From Paraspadella gotoi (lineage: Eukaryota; Animalia; Chaetognatha): 64,000 nt of DNA. The notes beneath the pieces are model-generated. The model was not told the origin of the DNA. It saw only the letters and a list, made by a program, of their open reading frames with translations, and did not search any database. The DNA lies in contig CM119264.1 of the NCBI GenBank assembly GCA_051294375.1, forward strand, positions 24,665,842 to 24,729,841, given 5' to 3'. Position numbers and translations under genes: made by a program. This document shows, in pieces, positions 53,492-64,000 of this stretch (position 1 is its first letter; each line of letters starts with the position of its first letter).

Positions 53492-54513
53492 CGTTTGTAC
53501 AGATCCAATTTCCAGGTTTCTCTTTTTTTCCCAACGAGACCTAATTTTCGATTCTGCCCGAAATGGAATCGTTGGTAAGTCGCCGCCAGGTTCTTGGGTG
53601 GAGGCTGCAGGTAAGTTCACTTTTTGGTGGGATTGTAGGAAAATCAGCGATATGAGGCGGATGTGAGGCAAGTTAAGCTTGTACTTTTTTAAAAAAATAA
53701 TTTTAAACTGGTTTAGATGCTAACTAATGAGCCATAGGTATGTACGTCAGCATTACCATTACGAAAATGGTAAAGAAAAATAATTATGAAAAAAAGATAG
53801 GGAGAGAAAAAGGATAAGAAAGAGAAAGGGTTATGGTAGAGGAGACGAAAAGGGGTTAAAGGTAAGGAGTATCAAGTGGTAAGTGAAACCCTTTATTGGA
53901 TTTTTTCTCTCCACTCGATGGGACGAAACACAAAGCCGAGGGAAAGGAGAGGAGAGGGGGGCGGGTGAGTCGAACGAAATGAAAGCAGCGGCGTGAGTCG
54001 CTCTGGTAAGGAAAGGAAAGTAAACAAGGGACCGAATCTGGTCTCGGATGAAAGAAAGGCGAGGAGAGATATTGTAAGCCTGTCTTTTTTTTCACGTCCC
54101 TCAGTTCTTTCGTCAAAAGATAGCTAAAGAAACTATTATATTTTCTTTCAAAATGTAAAAAGTTTTAAGCAAAAACGAACTTGTATTTGTTGAATTTGTT
54201 GAAATACGAGTTAGGCCGTATTTATTACAAGTGATAAGCTCATCGTACTCGACATCGTCGGCGTCATCTTCCTCTTGATAGTTATCCGTATAATTGTAGT
54301 AACATTCTTCGTCGTNNNNNNNNNNNNNNNNNNNNNNNNNTCGTCGTCGTCATTCTCATCGTCGTCGTCGCCACCCCCCCCCCCCCCGAAACTCGAGTCC
54401 CAATCGTCGCGTCAATCGATTCGACACGAAAAATTCCGATCATCGCAAACAAATACGTTTGTTTGTTTATCGTTAAGGAATTTGTTTATGTCACTATTTT
54501 GATATACATCTCT

Positions 54514-54560
<47 letters not shown>

Positions 54561-55674
54561 TTTTTGTTTTGAACTTCGCGCCGACGTTACGAATCAGGGT
54601 TCGCACGGGTATCGAATTTCTCTTTTTCTTGTTTTCTTGAGCCGTGGGTCTCCCAACGGGATCGTTCGCAAAGGGCGGGTCATTTGGAGATCGGGTCATT
54701 TGTAGATGGGTCATCTTTGGATGAGGTCATCGAGATATCGGATCACTGTACAATGAAATGAAAGTCAAAGAAAGAAAGGAAGAAAATGAATAAAAAAAAG
54801 AAAAGGAAAAGAACGAAAGAAAGGAACGGTAAAGGAGAAAAAAAATAAATAATGAGAGAAAAAAAGCGGGATAGGAAAAACAAAAAATGGAGAGTTAGAC
54901 AGCAAGGGAGAAGAAAAGAGAGAAAGAGAGAAAGAAGAAAACAAAGCAACAAAGATGAGGAAATTTCGTTGGAAGCCGCGGGAGTTCCCTGGGGCATCAG
55001 CGACGCGGCAGAGCAGAGGAAGATAGAAATCGGAAACAGAAGATGAGAAAAACAGAAGTCAAATGACAGAAGAGAAGAGAGAGAAGAATTGATAAAAGAG
55101 CAGAAGGTGGAAGGAAAAGAGTCAAATCTTTTTTAAATATTTACGCTATGTAATGTACCGAAATGATTTCCTGAGAAAATTCAATACTATGTGAGGAAAG
55201 TTATACCTCGCCCTGTATTTTTCATAACTCGCTCTCTGTTTAGGTCAACTTCGACCTCGTTTTGTATTTTATATTTCGTCTACTATAAATCTGGTCATTT
55301 GTTTGTTTGTAATTGTGGTGAGCCTCATGATCAATTATTTCCTCGAGAATCAACTGAAAATTCAGACAAGACATAAGTTAAGCTTGGAAGGAACGGACAA
55401 CGCGGTAAACGCATGTTCCCATGCGCGTGAAGAGGAAAAATATCTTCAACTATGTGAATTCTATGTAATGCTTGTAATTGAATAAGATTTAATAATTGTA
55501 GACATGTTAATAAGTCATTTTTTAACTTTTTTGTCAGTATTTTTTTTCGTTTTTCGTCATTCCATTTTTTTTTTTGTGTGTTTCTGACACCAAAAAACAA
55601 ACGAGGAACGTAAACAGAGATCAAGAAGGGATACAAAGAGAATGGAAGGATCCGCCGCTTGGGACGCTAGCAGT

Positions 55675-55763
<89 letters not shown>

Positions 55764-55764
55764 G

Positions 55765-58700
55765 AATAAAACCAAGTGGCCAGGGTCGCCTCGGGTGAAC
55801 GACGAAATTGGGAAAAGGTTTCCTCAACCTGTCTTCTAAGCCTTAAGGATTCTTCTCTCTCTTTCTCCGCCGCTTTTTTCAAGCCTCTCGCAACTACCTT
55901 TCTCCTTCTTACTTCCAACCCAAGACAACGCAGACTCGAACCCATATCACTTTCTTCTCTCGAGGAAAAGCCCCACCTTCCTCCCTTTCCCGCCCCTTCC
56001 TCGCTCTTTGTTTTATTTCATCCGAACAAATAACTCTCTCTCTATCCTTCCTCCCATCACATCCCATTTCTTTAACTCCTGCCCTCTCTCCCCCGACTCC
56101 TCTCCTTTCTTCTCATTCTCCCTCACCCCCTCTTTCCTCATCCTCCCCCTCTTCCTCATCCTCCCCCTCTTCTCTCCAAGCGCAGTAAGTTTGTTTCCCT
56201 TCTCGGGTTATCGAATTACGTCGGAACGCGGCCTTTCAGCCCCTCGTGCGCAGGTAAGGCTTCTCTCTCTCTCTCTCACTCTTTCTCTTTTCTCTCTCTC
56301 TCTTCTCTCCCTCTCTCTCATCGGCAGCTGTTTTTTTGAGGGGGTTCGTATGCGGGAAGGAAGACGAGGCATGTGGGTGCATTGGCGAAGGAGGAGGAGC
56401 CGGAGAAGAGGAGGAGGAGAAGCTGGAGTGGGAGGAGTGTTGTCGAAATTTAAGACGGATTTGTTGAGCTAGTGGGGCGGCGCATATTGGGGCGGGAGGG
56501 GGCGCACTTGGAGAGTGATAGGGTGAGCGAATTAGGAGGGCGTTTAAACATCGGATCGGTTAGACAGGGAAATGTAGGGATAAGAATTAAAAGATAAAAG
56601 GAACCAGAGAAAATATTTTTTTATTTTTGGTTAACTGAAAGAAAATAGCAGGAATGAATGAGATCAATTACTATTTGGAGAAAATAATTACTCTTTTAAT
56701 CACTATCACGAGAATATAAAAAATGTAATAAGAGTAAGAAATGACAATAAAAAAAAGTTGAATGAAAACCTGGGTAAATTAATTTGACTACCGGCAGACA
56801 ATGTCAAAATCATTTTTTCTATACCTTTCCGTAGTGACACTTTCAATTTTTTCTACCTCCCGTTGTGGTCTTAGTTAGTTCGGATAAAAGGATAACAATT
56901 ATTTTTTGAATAATCGCGTTTTTTTTAGGCAAAAATTGCCGACAAAGTTACAATAATAAGTAGAACATTGATCATCAAAAAAATTGAAATAAAACCACAA
57001 AAATAACCAATGGATAATAAAGCTCAATATTTTTTCGCCCAACAATAAAATCACCAAAAACATTGTAGTTGAAATTCATCTTCGAAATTATAAAAAAAAT
57101 TAAACTACATCAAAAACATTTTTAAAGCATTTAGTTTCCTCTCATTAGTAAAATAATATTTAAAATATTTGTTAAAATAAAATCTAAATTAAAATTAAAT
57201 CATTTAGCCAAAACATATTTATTTTGAAAATTATTTTTAAAGATCAAGAAATATTATTGTACGTAACGATACTAAACACATAAAAAGTGATACACTTAAA
57301 CATAAAGTAGGCTATCATGTACAAACTAAGTTGAAAGACTGATCGCCAAAAGGTGTATCCAAAATCCTCGTCCTGAGTCCGATTCGCTGCCCATTTATCA
57401 TTACCACAACTTGACTGACATTTCTTCCGGCCCTCCCGGCAAAAGGCCCCGCCAAGGCTCGACATTATATGTCTCTCGAAACGCGACTTCTCAACGTCCC
57501 CATCATCGCCCACTCTAACCCGCGCCTCCATCAGCGCCATCGTCAAAATGGCGCCATTCATAATGGCGCCCGGAGTTTTCGAATGGTCATCCAAAGGTTG
57601 AAAAACAACGCCCGCCTCTTGGTCCTTGACAATACCTTAGCAATCTCAATGCCGGAAACGCCTCCTGGGCAATTTCCAAAAGGCGAGCCTTAAGAGCCCC
57701 GCGGGAATGAGCGTCCACATCCTCTGAAAATTCGAGGCGCCAGAGTTTTCGCGTCACTTAGTTCAGAGGACACGAGAGCTCGAGGCGAACTTCAACCGAA
57801 GACTTTCTGGAGAGACTCTTACAGAAGTAGAACTCAAAAACCTCTCGCTATGAGATTCATATGTTGTCAAGAAAACATCATTTTTAGAGTCGACACGGCC
57901 CATTCGCCAAAGAACAGAGAGAGAGTGACAGTAAAGAAAAGGAAATGGACGAAGAAGAGCCAGTAAAATATCTCGGCGGCAAAAGGATTCGTCTTCTGCC
58001 GCTCCCGCACAACCGACCTACAAGACGATCCCCATTTTCTCGCTTGATTCGTCCGTGAAGCACAAAAACATGCGGGGAGGGAATCTCAACAGACCGGAAA
58101 AGAATAGACACGGTAACCGCGTCCTCGACTAGCAAAACCTCCGCAGTAGGCGCGATCAACAAGCTGTTGCCAGGTTCCACTCTCGCCAATGAATCAGTCC
58201 AGCATGCCTTTCAGCAATTGTCTCGAATCCGGATGTCAGTCGCGTCCTCTATCATTTAAGTTCATTCAAGAGCCCTACATTCGAGCACTCCTTGAAGATC
58301 AATTCGCCAGCGCTGGGCATGAAGCAGCGTCAGCAGGCTTGAAAGCCACTTATTGACGAGGACACTTGATCAATACTTGAAAACGTCTACATTCTCCCAC
58401 TCGATCCACCTTCACTGGCGATTATGCGAACGACCTTTGCGGATGCAATTCATGTCAACATTTTGGTCAATGTCGATTGTGCGCCACTCTGCATCGGAAA
58501 AATTCGAGGCAACTTTAAGGTTAAACTTATTCCGAAGATTTTCACATGAAGGCTTTCAATGCAGATGCGATTGTGTAGGACTGGAGTCTTTAAGCGTGTG
58601 GAGATAATTCTAAAGCCAGCATGAGCTGCTGACAAGCGCTCGACACGGAATTCGAGTGGACGTTTGAGCCCAGTCTCTACATGTTTTCTATTAGATGACC

Positions 58701-61166
58701 AGCAACAATCGACAAACTTCTATCCCGTTTTTTCAAAAAAAAGATGACCGCTTTTAAACTTTGAAACGGGTTCCAAGTTGTAAAGGTTTGGCCACATTTT
58801 GAGGAAATTTTGTGTGATTGAGCGCCCGCCAAGATTTTCAACTCGCTGTTGGTACAAGTTTTCGCGAAGCCAAATGTCGATGTATGATGACTGCGGAAAG
58901 CCTGTCGGCGAAGTGTAATCAGATAAATCATCAAGATGACAAAAACAGTGTGATTAAACAAAGACACCAAGAATTTGTTAAAAGCAAGATCGGCGTCAGA
59001 GTTCTTTCATCAACAAGAGCGATAAGCGTAACTAATGTCGGTTTTTTTGCAGTGAATTGATTGAGAATTTGATGCAATGTAAATCGTGAAGATAATTGGG
59101 ACTAGCTTACAATCATCACAGTTTAAAGGGTTGTCGCTCACAATAAGGACGTCCTTTTAGAGTCTCAGTTTCTTCTGGGATGTTGTGAGGACTGTTGCCT
59201 CTCAAGTCCAAAACTTCGAAGATTGCTATTTGAGAACTTGGAAATCTCGTTGGATGAGGGAAATTTTGGTTTGAAGGACATGTTGAGTCGTATGATTCGA
59301 TATGGATTTTTAGGAAAGCTTAAGTTCTGTGTTAAGTTATTAAGGAAAATCCAATTCTGTTTTTCTGGAAAAGAATACAATACGGAAGAGAGATTCGCTG
59401 TCATCTTGCAGTTGATAAATAGGCTGTCGATTCCACTCATCTGCAATGAGGCAACTGCAATTGACCTGGGACAGCAGGGATGTCCTTTGAACTTGGACAA
59501 ATTAAAACATTAACTTCAAAGGTTTTTCACAATTGCAGTTCCAGGGGTTTTTTTTGCAAAAGAAATCGAATTCCATTTTTTTTTAAAGTTGTCTAAATCA
59601 CTTGTTTGACAATGTTTTAAGTTGGTTGAAACTAAGATCTACCACATTTTGCTTAGTTTAATGAAGCTCGTTTGATGTATAAAAAAAATGTATGTCAAAA
59701 AGTTGTTGGCAATATTAATGTGTAAATTACAGGGAATTTTATACAATTCCATTGTATCTATATTCTTTAATTTATTATTGTTCAAAAGTATTGTAAGTTT
59801 TTTTGCATTTAAGACATAGAGGCCGAACTATTCCTAGTAAAATCGATATGTTATTCTAAAACTCAAATCAATAAAAGTCAAGAAACATTTCTTGCTCATG
59901 CTAATTCTCCAGCTTGTTAGCGCCGGGAGGTAATAATTTTTTCAATGAATTAGATTCAGTGATTTTTTTGGAATATTTTGTCCACATCAATATTATGCTT
60001 CAAGTCTAAAATTTCTAAACATTCCAATCTCAATTGAGGCTCTTAATACGAGAGATTGCATTACCTGAAAAATCTAGTTCATATGAAGTTTTTCAAGTTA
60101 TACATCCAATTTAATGGCCATATCTTTAAATTTATTGTTACTTAGTATGAGAAAACCGTAAGTTTTAAAGTTTCATTAAAAAATATGATTTTTTTCTATA
60201 AAGGGAAATGGAATTGTTTCCTAGATTAAGAGTTTGAAGCTCCTCTGATACTTAAACAAATTTTCAGAACTCTTTCATAAGCGATTATTTGAAAGATCAA
60301 GACTCTTTATTAATTTCACATGGTCGAGCAAGCCTTTGATCTATTGTTTTTAATTGGTTATCGTTCAATTGTAAGGGTGTTTTAGTGATAAGACGGCTGG
60401 GCAAACGCGATTTATGGCAATGAAACTTAGCGATTTCCAAACTCAGTCCAGCATTACTGTTCACGCAATCCGATAGAAGGTCCTCTCAAAAAATGTTTTT
60501 AAGCTAAATTTCTTTCGAATTTGTATTCTATTAAGAAACGTTACGAATGTGTGGTTCTGCTAAATTGTGCAAAAACCTTCTATTTTAAGGACAACGAGAT
60601 CTTTCCCACGTTTCAAAGCACTTTTGTGCAATTTTCATTTTTAAATTTTGGGAGATTGAAATCGACCGCACCCAAATCGATGGTCAAGTTCGTCGTACAG
60701 TCATGAACGAAAATGCGGTTTTCGCCCAATTTTTCGATCGGGTTACCGAGAAGCGTCAGAGAACGTTACAGCCCGTCAAAAATTTTAAAGCTATTTTCTG
60801 AAATTTTGGAAACAAATTTGTTTTCCACTTGCAAATCCCGATTACCATATTTCTACGATTGAATTCTAATTTGTGAGAGATTCTCGCTGCGAGTATGGGC
60901 AAATTTCTACTCTGGGAGAAGACTTATGGCTTCAAAACCGATAATTGAGTTTCCGCGTCAAATTGATGAACCTCAAAATACGTTATTCGTCTGAAAGCGT
61001 CCTGCGAAAGGTTTATCTTAATCTGTCGACAAATCCAACGTCTGTAGCAAAGGCATGTGTCCCAAAGTTTCTGATTTTATATTCAAGTCACGCTTTCTTC
61101 TTATAAAAGCATCACCCATATTTTTAAAATTTTTTTAAAAGAGACTTCGTCAATACTTTGAATGCT
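55765..61166 (-). repeat. ~5.4-kb inverted duplication of 44030-49320
   Basis: The downstream flank is also copied (ORF-track peptides MARVASGERRNWEK and MFYFIRTNNSLS occur at 48.8-49.3 kb minus and 55.8-56.5 kb plus). Confidence 0.92.
57315..61166 (-). pseudogene. Inverted, 5'-truncated, heavily frameshifted copy of LRR-KEN receptor exon 3 (44030-47788); probably an assembly artefact
   Basis: Minus-strand peptides match the intact gene (DDHSKTP.AIMNGAILTMALMEARVRVG, LKTPVLHNRICIESLHVKI, SIQSIDEVSFK). Differences are mostly 1-2 nt indels. Confidence 0.85.
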
Positions 61167-61181
61167 ATCTCTCTCTTTTTT

Positions 61182-62274
61182 GTTACGAATCAGGGTTCGC
61201 AACGGGTATCGAATTTCTCTTTTTCTTGTTTTTCTTGAGCCGTGGGTCTCCCAACGGGGATCGTTCGCAAAGGGCGGGTCATTTGGAGATCGGGTCATTT
61301 GTAGATGGGTCATCTTTGGATGAGGTCATCGAGATATCGGATCACTGTACAATGAAATGAAAGTCAAAGAAAGAAAGGAAGAAATGAATAAAAAAAAAAG
61401 AAAAGGAAAGAACGAAAGAAAGGAACGGTAAAGGAGAAAAAAAAATAAATAATGAGAGAAAAAAGCGGGATAGGAAAAACAAAAAATGGAGAGTTAGACA
61501 GCAAGGGAGAAGAAAAGAGAGAAAGAGAGAAAGAAAGAAACAAAGCAACAAAGATGAGGAGAATTTCGTTGGAAGCCGCGGGAGTTCCCTGGGGCATCAG
61601 CGACGCGGCAGAGCAGAGGAAGATAGAAGATCGGAAACAGAAGATGAGAAAAACAGAAGTCAAATGACAGAAGAGAAGAGAGAGAAGAATTGATAAAAGA
61701 GCAGAAGGTGGAAGGAAAAGAGTCAAATCTTTTTTTAAATATTTACGCTATGTAATGTACCGAAATGATTTCCTGAGAAAATTCAATACTATGTGAGGAA
61801 AGTTATACCTCGCCCTGTATTTTTCATAACTCGCTCTCTGTTTTAGGTCAACTTCGACCTCGTTTTGTATTTTATATTTCGTCTACTATAAATCTGGTCA
61901 TTTGTTTGTTTGTAATTGTGGTGAGCCTCATGATCAATTATTTCCTCGAGAATCAACTGAAAATTCAGACAAGACATAAGTTAAGCTTGGAAGGAACGGA
62001 CAACGCGGTAAACGCATGTTCCCATGCGCGTGAAGAGGAAAATATCTTCACACTATGTGAATTCTATGTAATGCTTGTAATTGAATAAGATTTAATAATT
62101 GTAGACATGTTAATAAGTCATTTTTTAACTTTTTTGTCAGTATTTTTTTTCGTTTTTCGTCATTCCATTTTTTTTTTTGTGTGTTTCTGACACCAAAAAA
62201 CAAACGAGGAACGTAAACAGAGATCAAGAAGGGATACAAAGAGAATGGAAGGATCCGCCGCTTGGGACGCTAGC

Positions 62275-62325
<51 letters not shown>
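61182..62325 (+). repeat. ~1.15-kb direct duplicate of 54586-55760
   Basis: Near-identical from gttacgaatcagggttcgc to gggacgctagcagtaga(ga)n; the two copies bracket the inverted segment. Confidence 0.92.
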
Positions 62326-62328
<3 letters not shown>

Positions 62329-63727
62329 GCAGTGAGGCTTACTTAGCGCGTGGGAGTCAGAGAGCAGGGACAAAACACTCACCCGCTTGGAAAGAGAGAG
62401 AAAGAGACAGAGAGCGAGAGAGAGAGACTGACAGAAAGAAAGTAAAGGAGAGAACGAGTTAATATTTTCTTGATTCTCTTCTAAGACTTAGTGACGAGAA
62501 ATATTTTAGTGTAACTTCGTATTTTACTCTCTTGTCTTGACGCATTCGTTCGTCCCATTTGACCCTGTCATATATTAAGTATAATATTATGGGAAAAATA
62601 AAGAAAGAAAGTTAGAACGAAAAGAAAGTAATCAATGAAAAAAGACATACAAACAAAGAAACAAAATAAATAGAGAAAAAAAGAATTATTCTCCAGATGT
62701 CGTCGCGAATAATTAATCCCGGGAAAATTGGCCGGGCAGCCTGTTGTTGCTGTCGTCAATTCCTCCGCAACATCGCGACGCCATTTTCAGGATCAGATGT
62801 TTCATTTTCCGCGGAAAAGAATTAATCAAAAAAATGTCAGCGCGCTGTGGACTTGGATTTCGGCGCCGATGTGGTTTTCATATAAAACAAAGCTGCGACT
62901 TCAACGTTCAATTTTATTCATTACTTCTACCAACTTCCGAATTTTTAGCGAATGATTTGCTCAGGAATTTGTACATAGACAAAAAAAGAAGTATTTAACG
63001 ATTATTAAACAACGACGATAACAAAATGAGAGAAGATAATAGTAAAAAACAATCAATCAGTCAAAATGAATATAAATGATCGTAGGTCAGCATTGAGGCA
63101 ATTTTAAGAATTGTTTAAATAGTTGTTATCGTTGTTGTTGTCACCAAAAATTAGAGTTGGTTGTTAATCTCACGATTTCGCATTTGCTATTTCAAAATTA
63201 AAAGGCGACCATCGAACGCAGAAGAATCTTTTGGATTTACCCAATGACGAACTTTTCCGCGATCCCCCTGTACGAAATTGTCAAGTTATTCGACCTCAGT
63301 TTGAAAGTCACTGTAATCTGGCAGAATCCGATTCTCGACCGCAAGGGGAGATGATCTCATGGGGCAATGGAGGAATGGGTAGGGGAAGGGGTAGGGGAAG
63401 AGGTGGGGCATGGGGTGGGGAAAGGGATGGAGGAAGAGGGAGATCAAGGAGAAGGGGGGAGAGAAAAAGGGAGGAGGGAGATGGTGGGTGGAAAAGAGGA
63501 AGCCTTCCATGTCGTTGTCGCTGTGGTGCGGTTTTGTTGTTCGTGGTAAATGAATAAAAAGTCAATAGGAAGTGAAAAAAGATGAGAATGTAAATAAAAC
63601 AAAGATAAGTTGAATTTAAAGATGTGAGCTAAAAACGAAGTTGGGAATCGGCAGAAAAAAAGTGAAAAAAAATTTTAAAAAAGTGAAAAAGTGAGAGTGA
63701 AAATTGATGTGAGGATCGGTGAATGGG

Positions 63728-63800
63728 GTGAGAATTAATGTGAGAATCGGCGAGTGATTGTGAGAATTAATGTGAGAATCGGCGAGTGATTGTGAGAATT
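63728..63800. repeat. 32-bp tandem repeat, about 2.3 copies
   Basis: GTGAGAATTAATGTGAGAATCGGCGAGTGATT repeated. Confidence 0.85.
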
Positions 63801-64000
63801 TAAGTCAGAATCATTGAGTGAGGCTGAGGATTGAGAAATGAAGAAAATAGGTTCGACAACAAAACGTGGAAACCCTTCTACTTCTCGCCACAATACGAAG
63901 GTCGTCCAAAGTTAATTGTCTGGAAAGAAAGAAAAAAAGTGGGAATCCAAAGAAATAACTTGTGGCGGCTTCTTGGCTCTTTCTATCCTTCCAATTCCAT

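Noticed and set aside
57315-61166. A second functional receptor paralogue
   Set aside because: Lacks the 5' exons, has dozens of frameshifts, and differs almost only by indels.
62805-62818. TTTTCCGCGGAAAA palindrome and nearby GCCATTTT as a promoter
   Set aside because: A short motif with no associated gene visible in the window; could be chance.

Overview
AT-rich, microsatellite-laden eukaryotic (probably invertebrate) genomic DNA from a noisy long-read or gap-filled draft. It has eight N gaps, and roughly half the window is indel-ridden direct or inverted re-copies of other parts of the window. Nearly all short ORFs in the track are (AG)n, (GAC)n or low-complexity artefacts. Two real spliced genes are supportable. 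(1) 33383-36595 (+): a secreted protein with a signal peptide, a VWA domain and three tandem F5/8-C / F-type-lectin-like domains, each on its own phase-1 exon. (2) 43228-47788 (+), three exons, about 1433 aa: a signal peptide, a multi-cysteine-cluster Toll-type LRR ectodomain and one TM helix. In place of a TIR domain it carries a truncated pseudokinase, a KEN (Ire1/RNase L-type) ribonuclease domain with an intact Y..RNxxxH motif, and one or two ubiquitin/SUMO-like domains. This Toll-like-receptor-coupled RNase is the standout candidate for an undescribed system. A frameshifted inverted partial copy at 57315-61166 is probably an assembly artefact. Domain calls come from motif recognition by eye and recalled family sequences; no searches were run.
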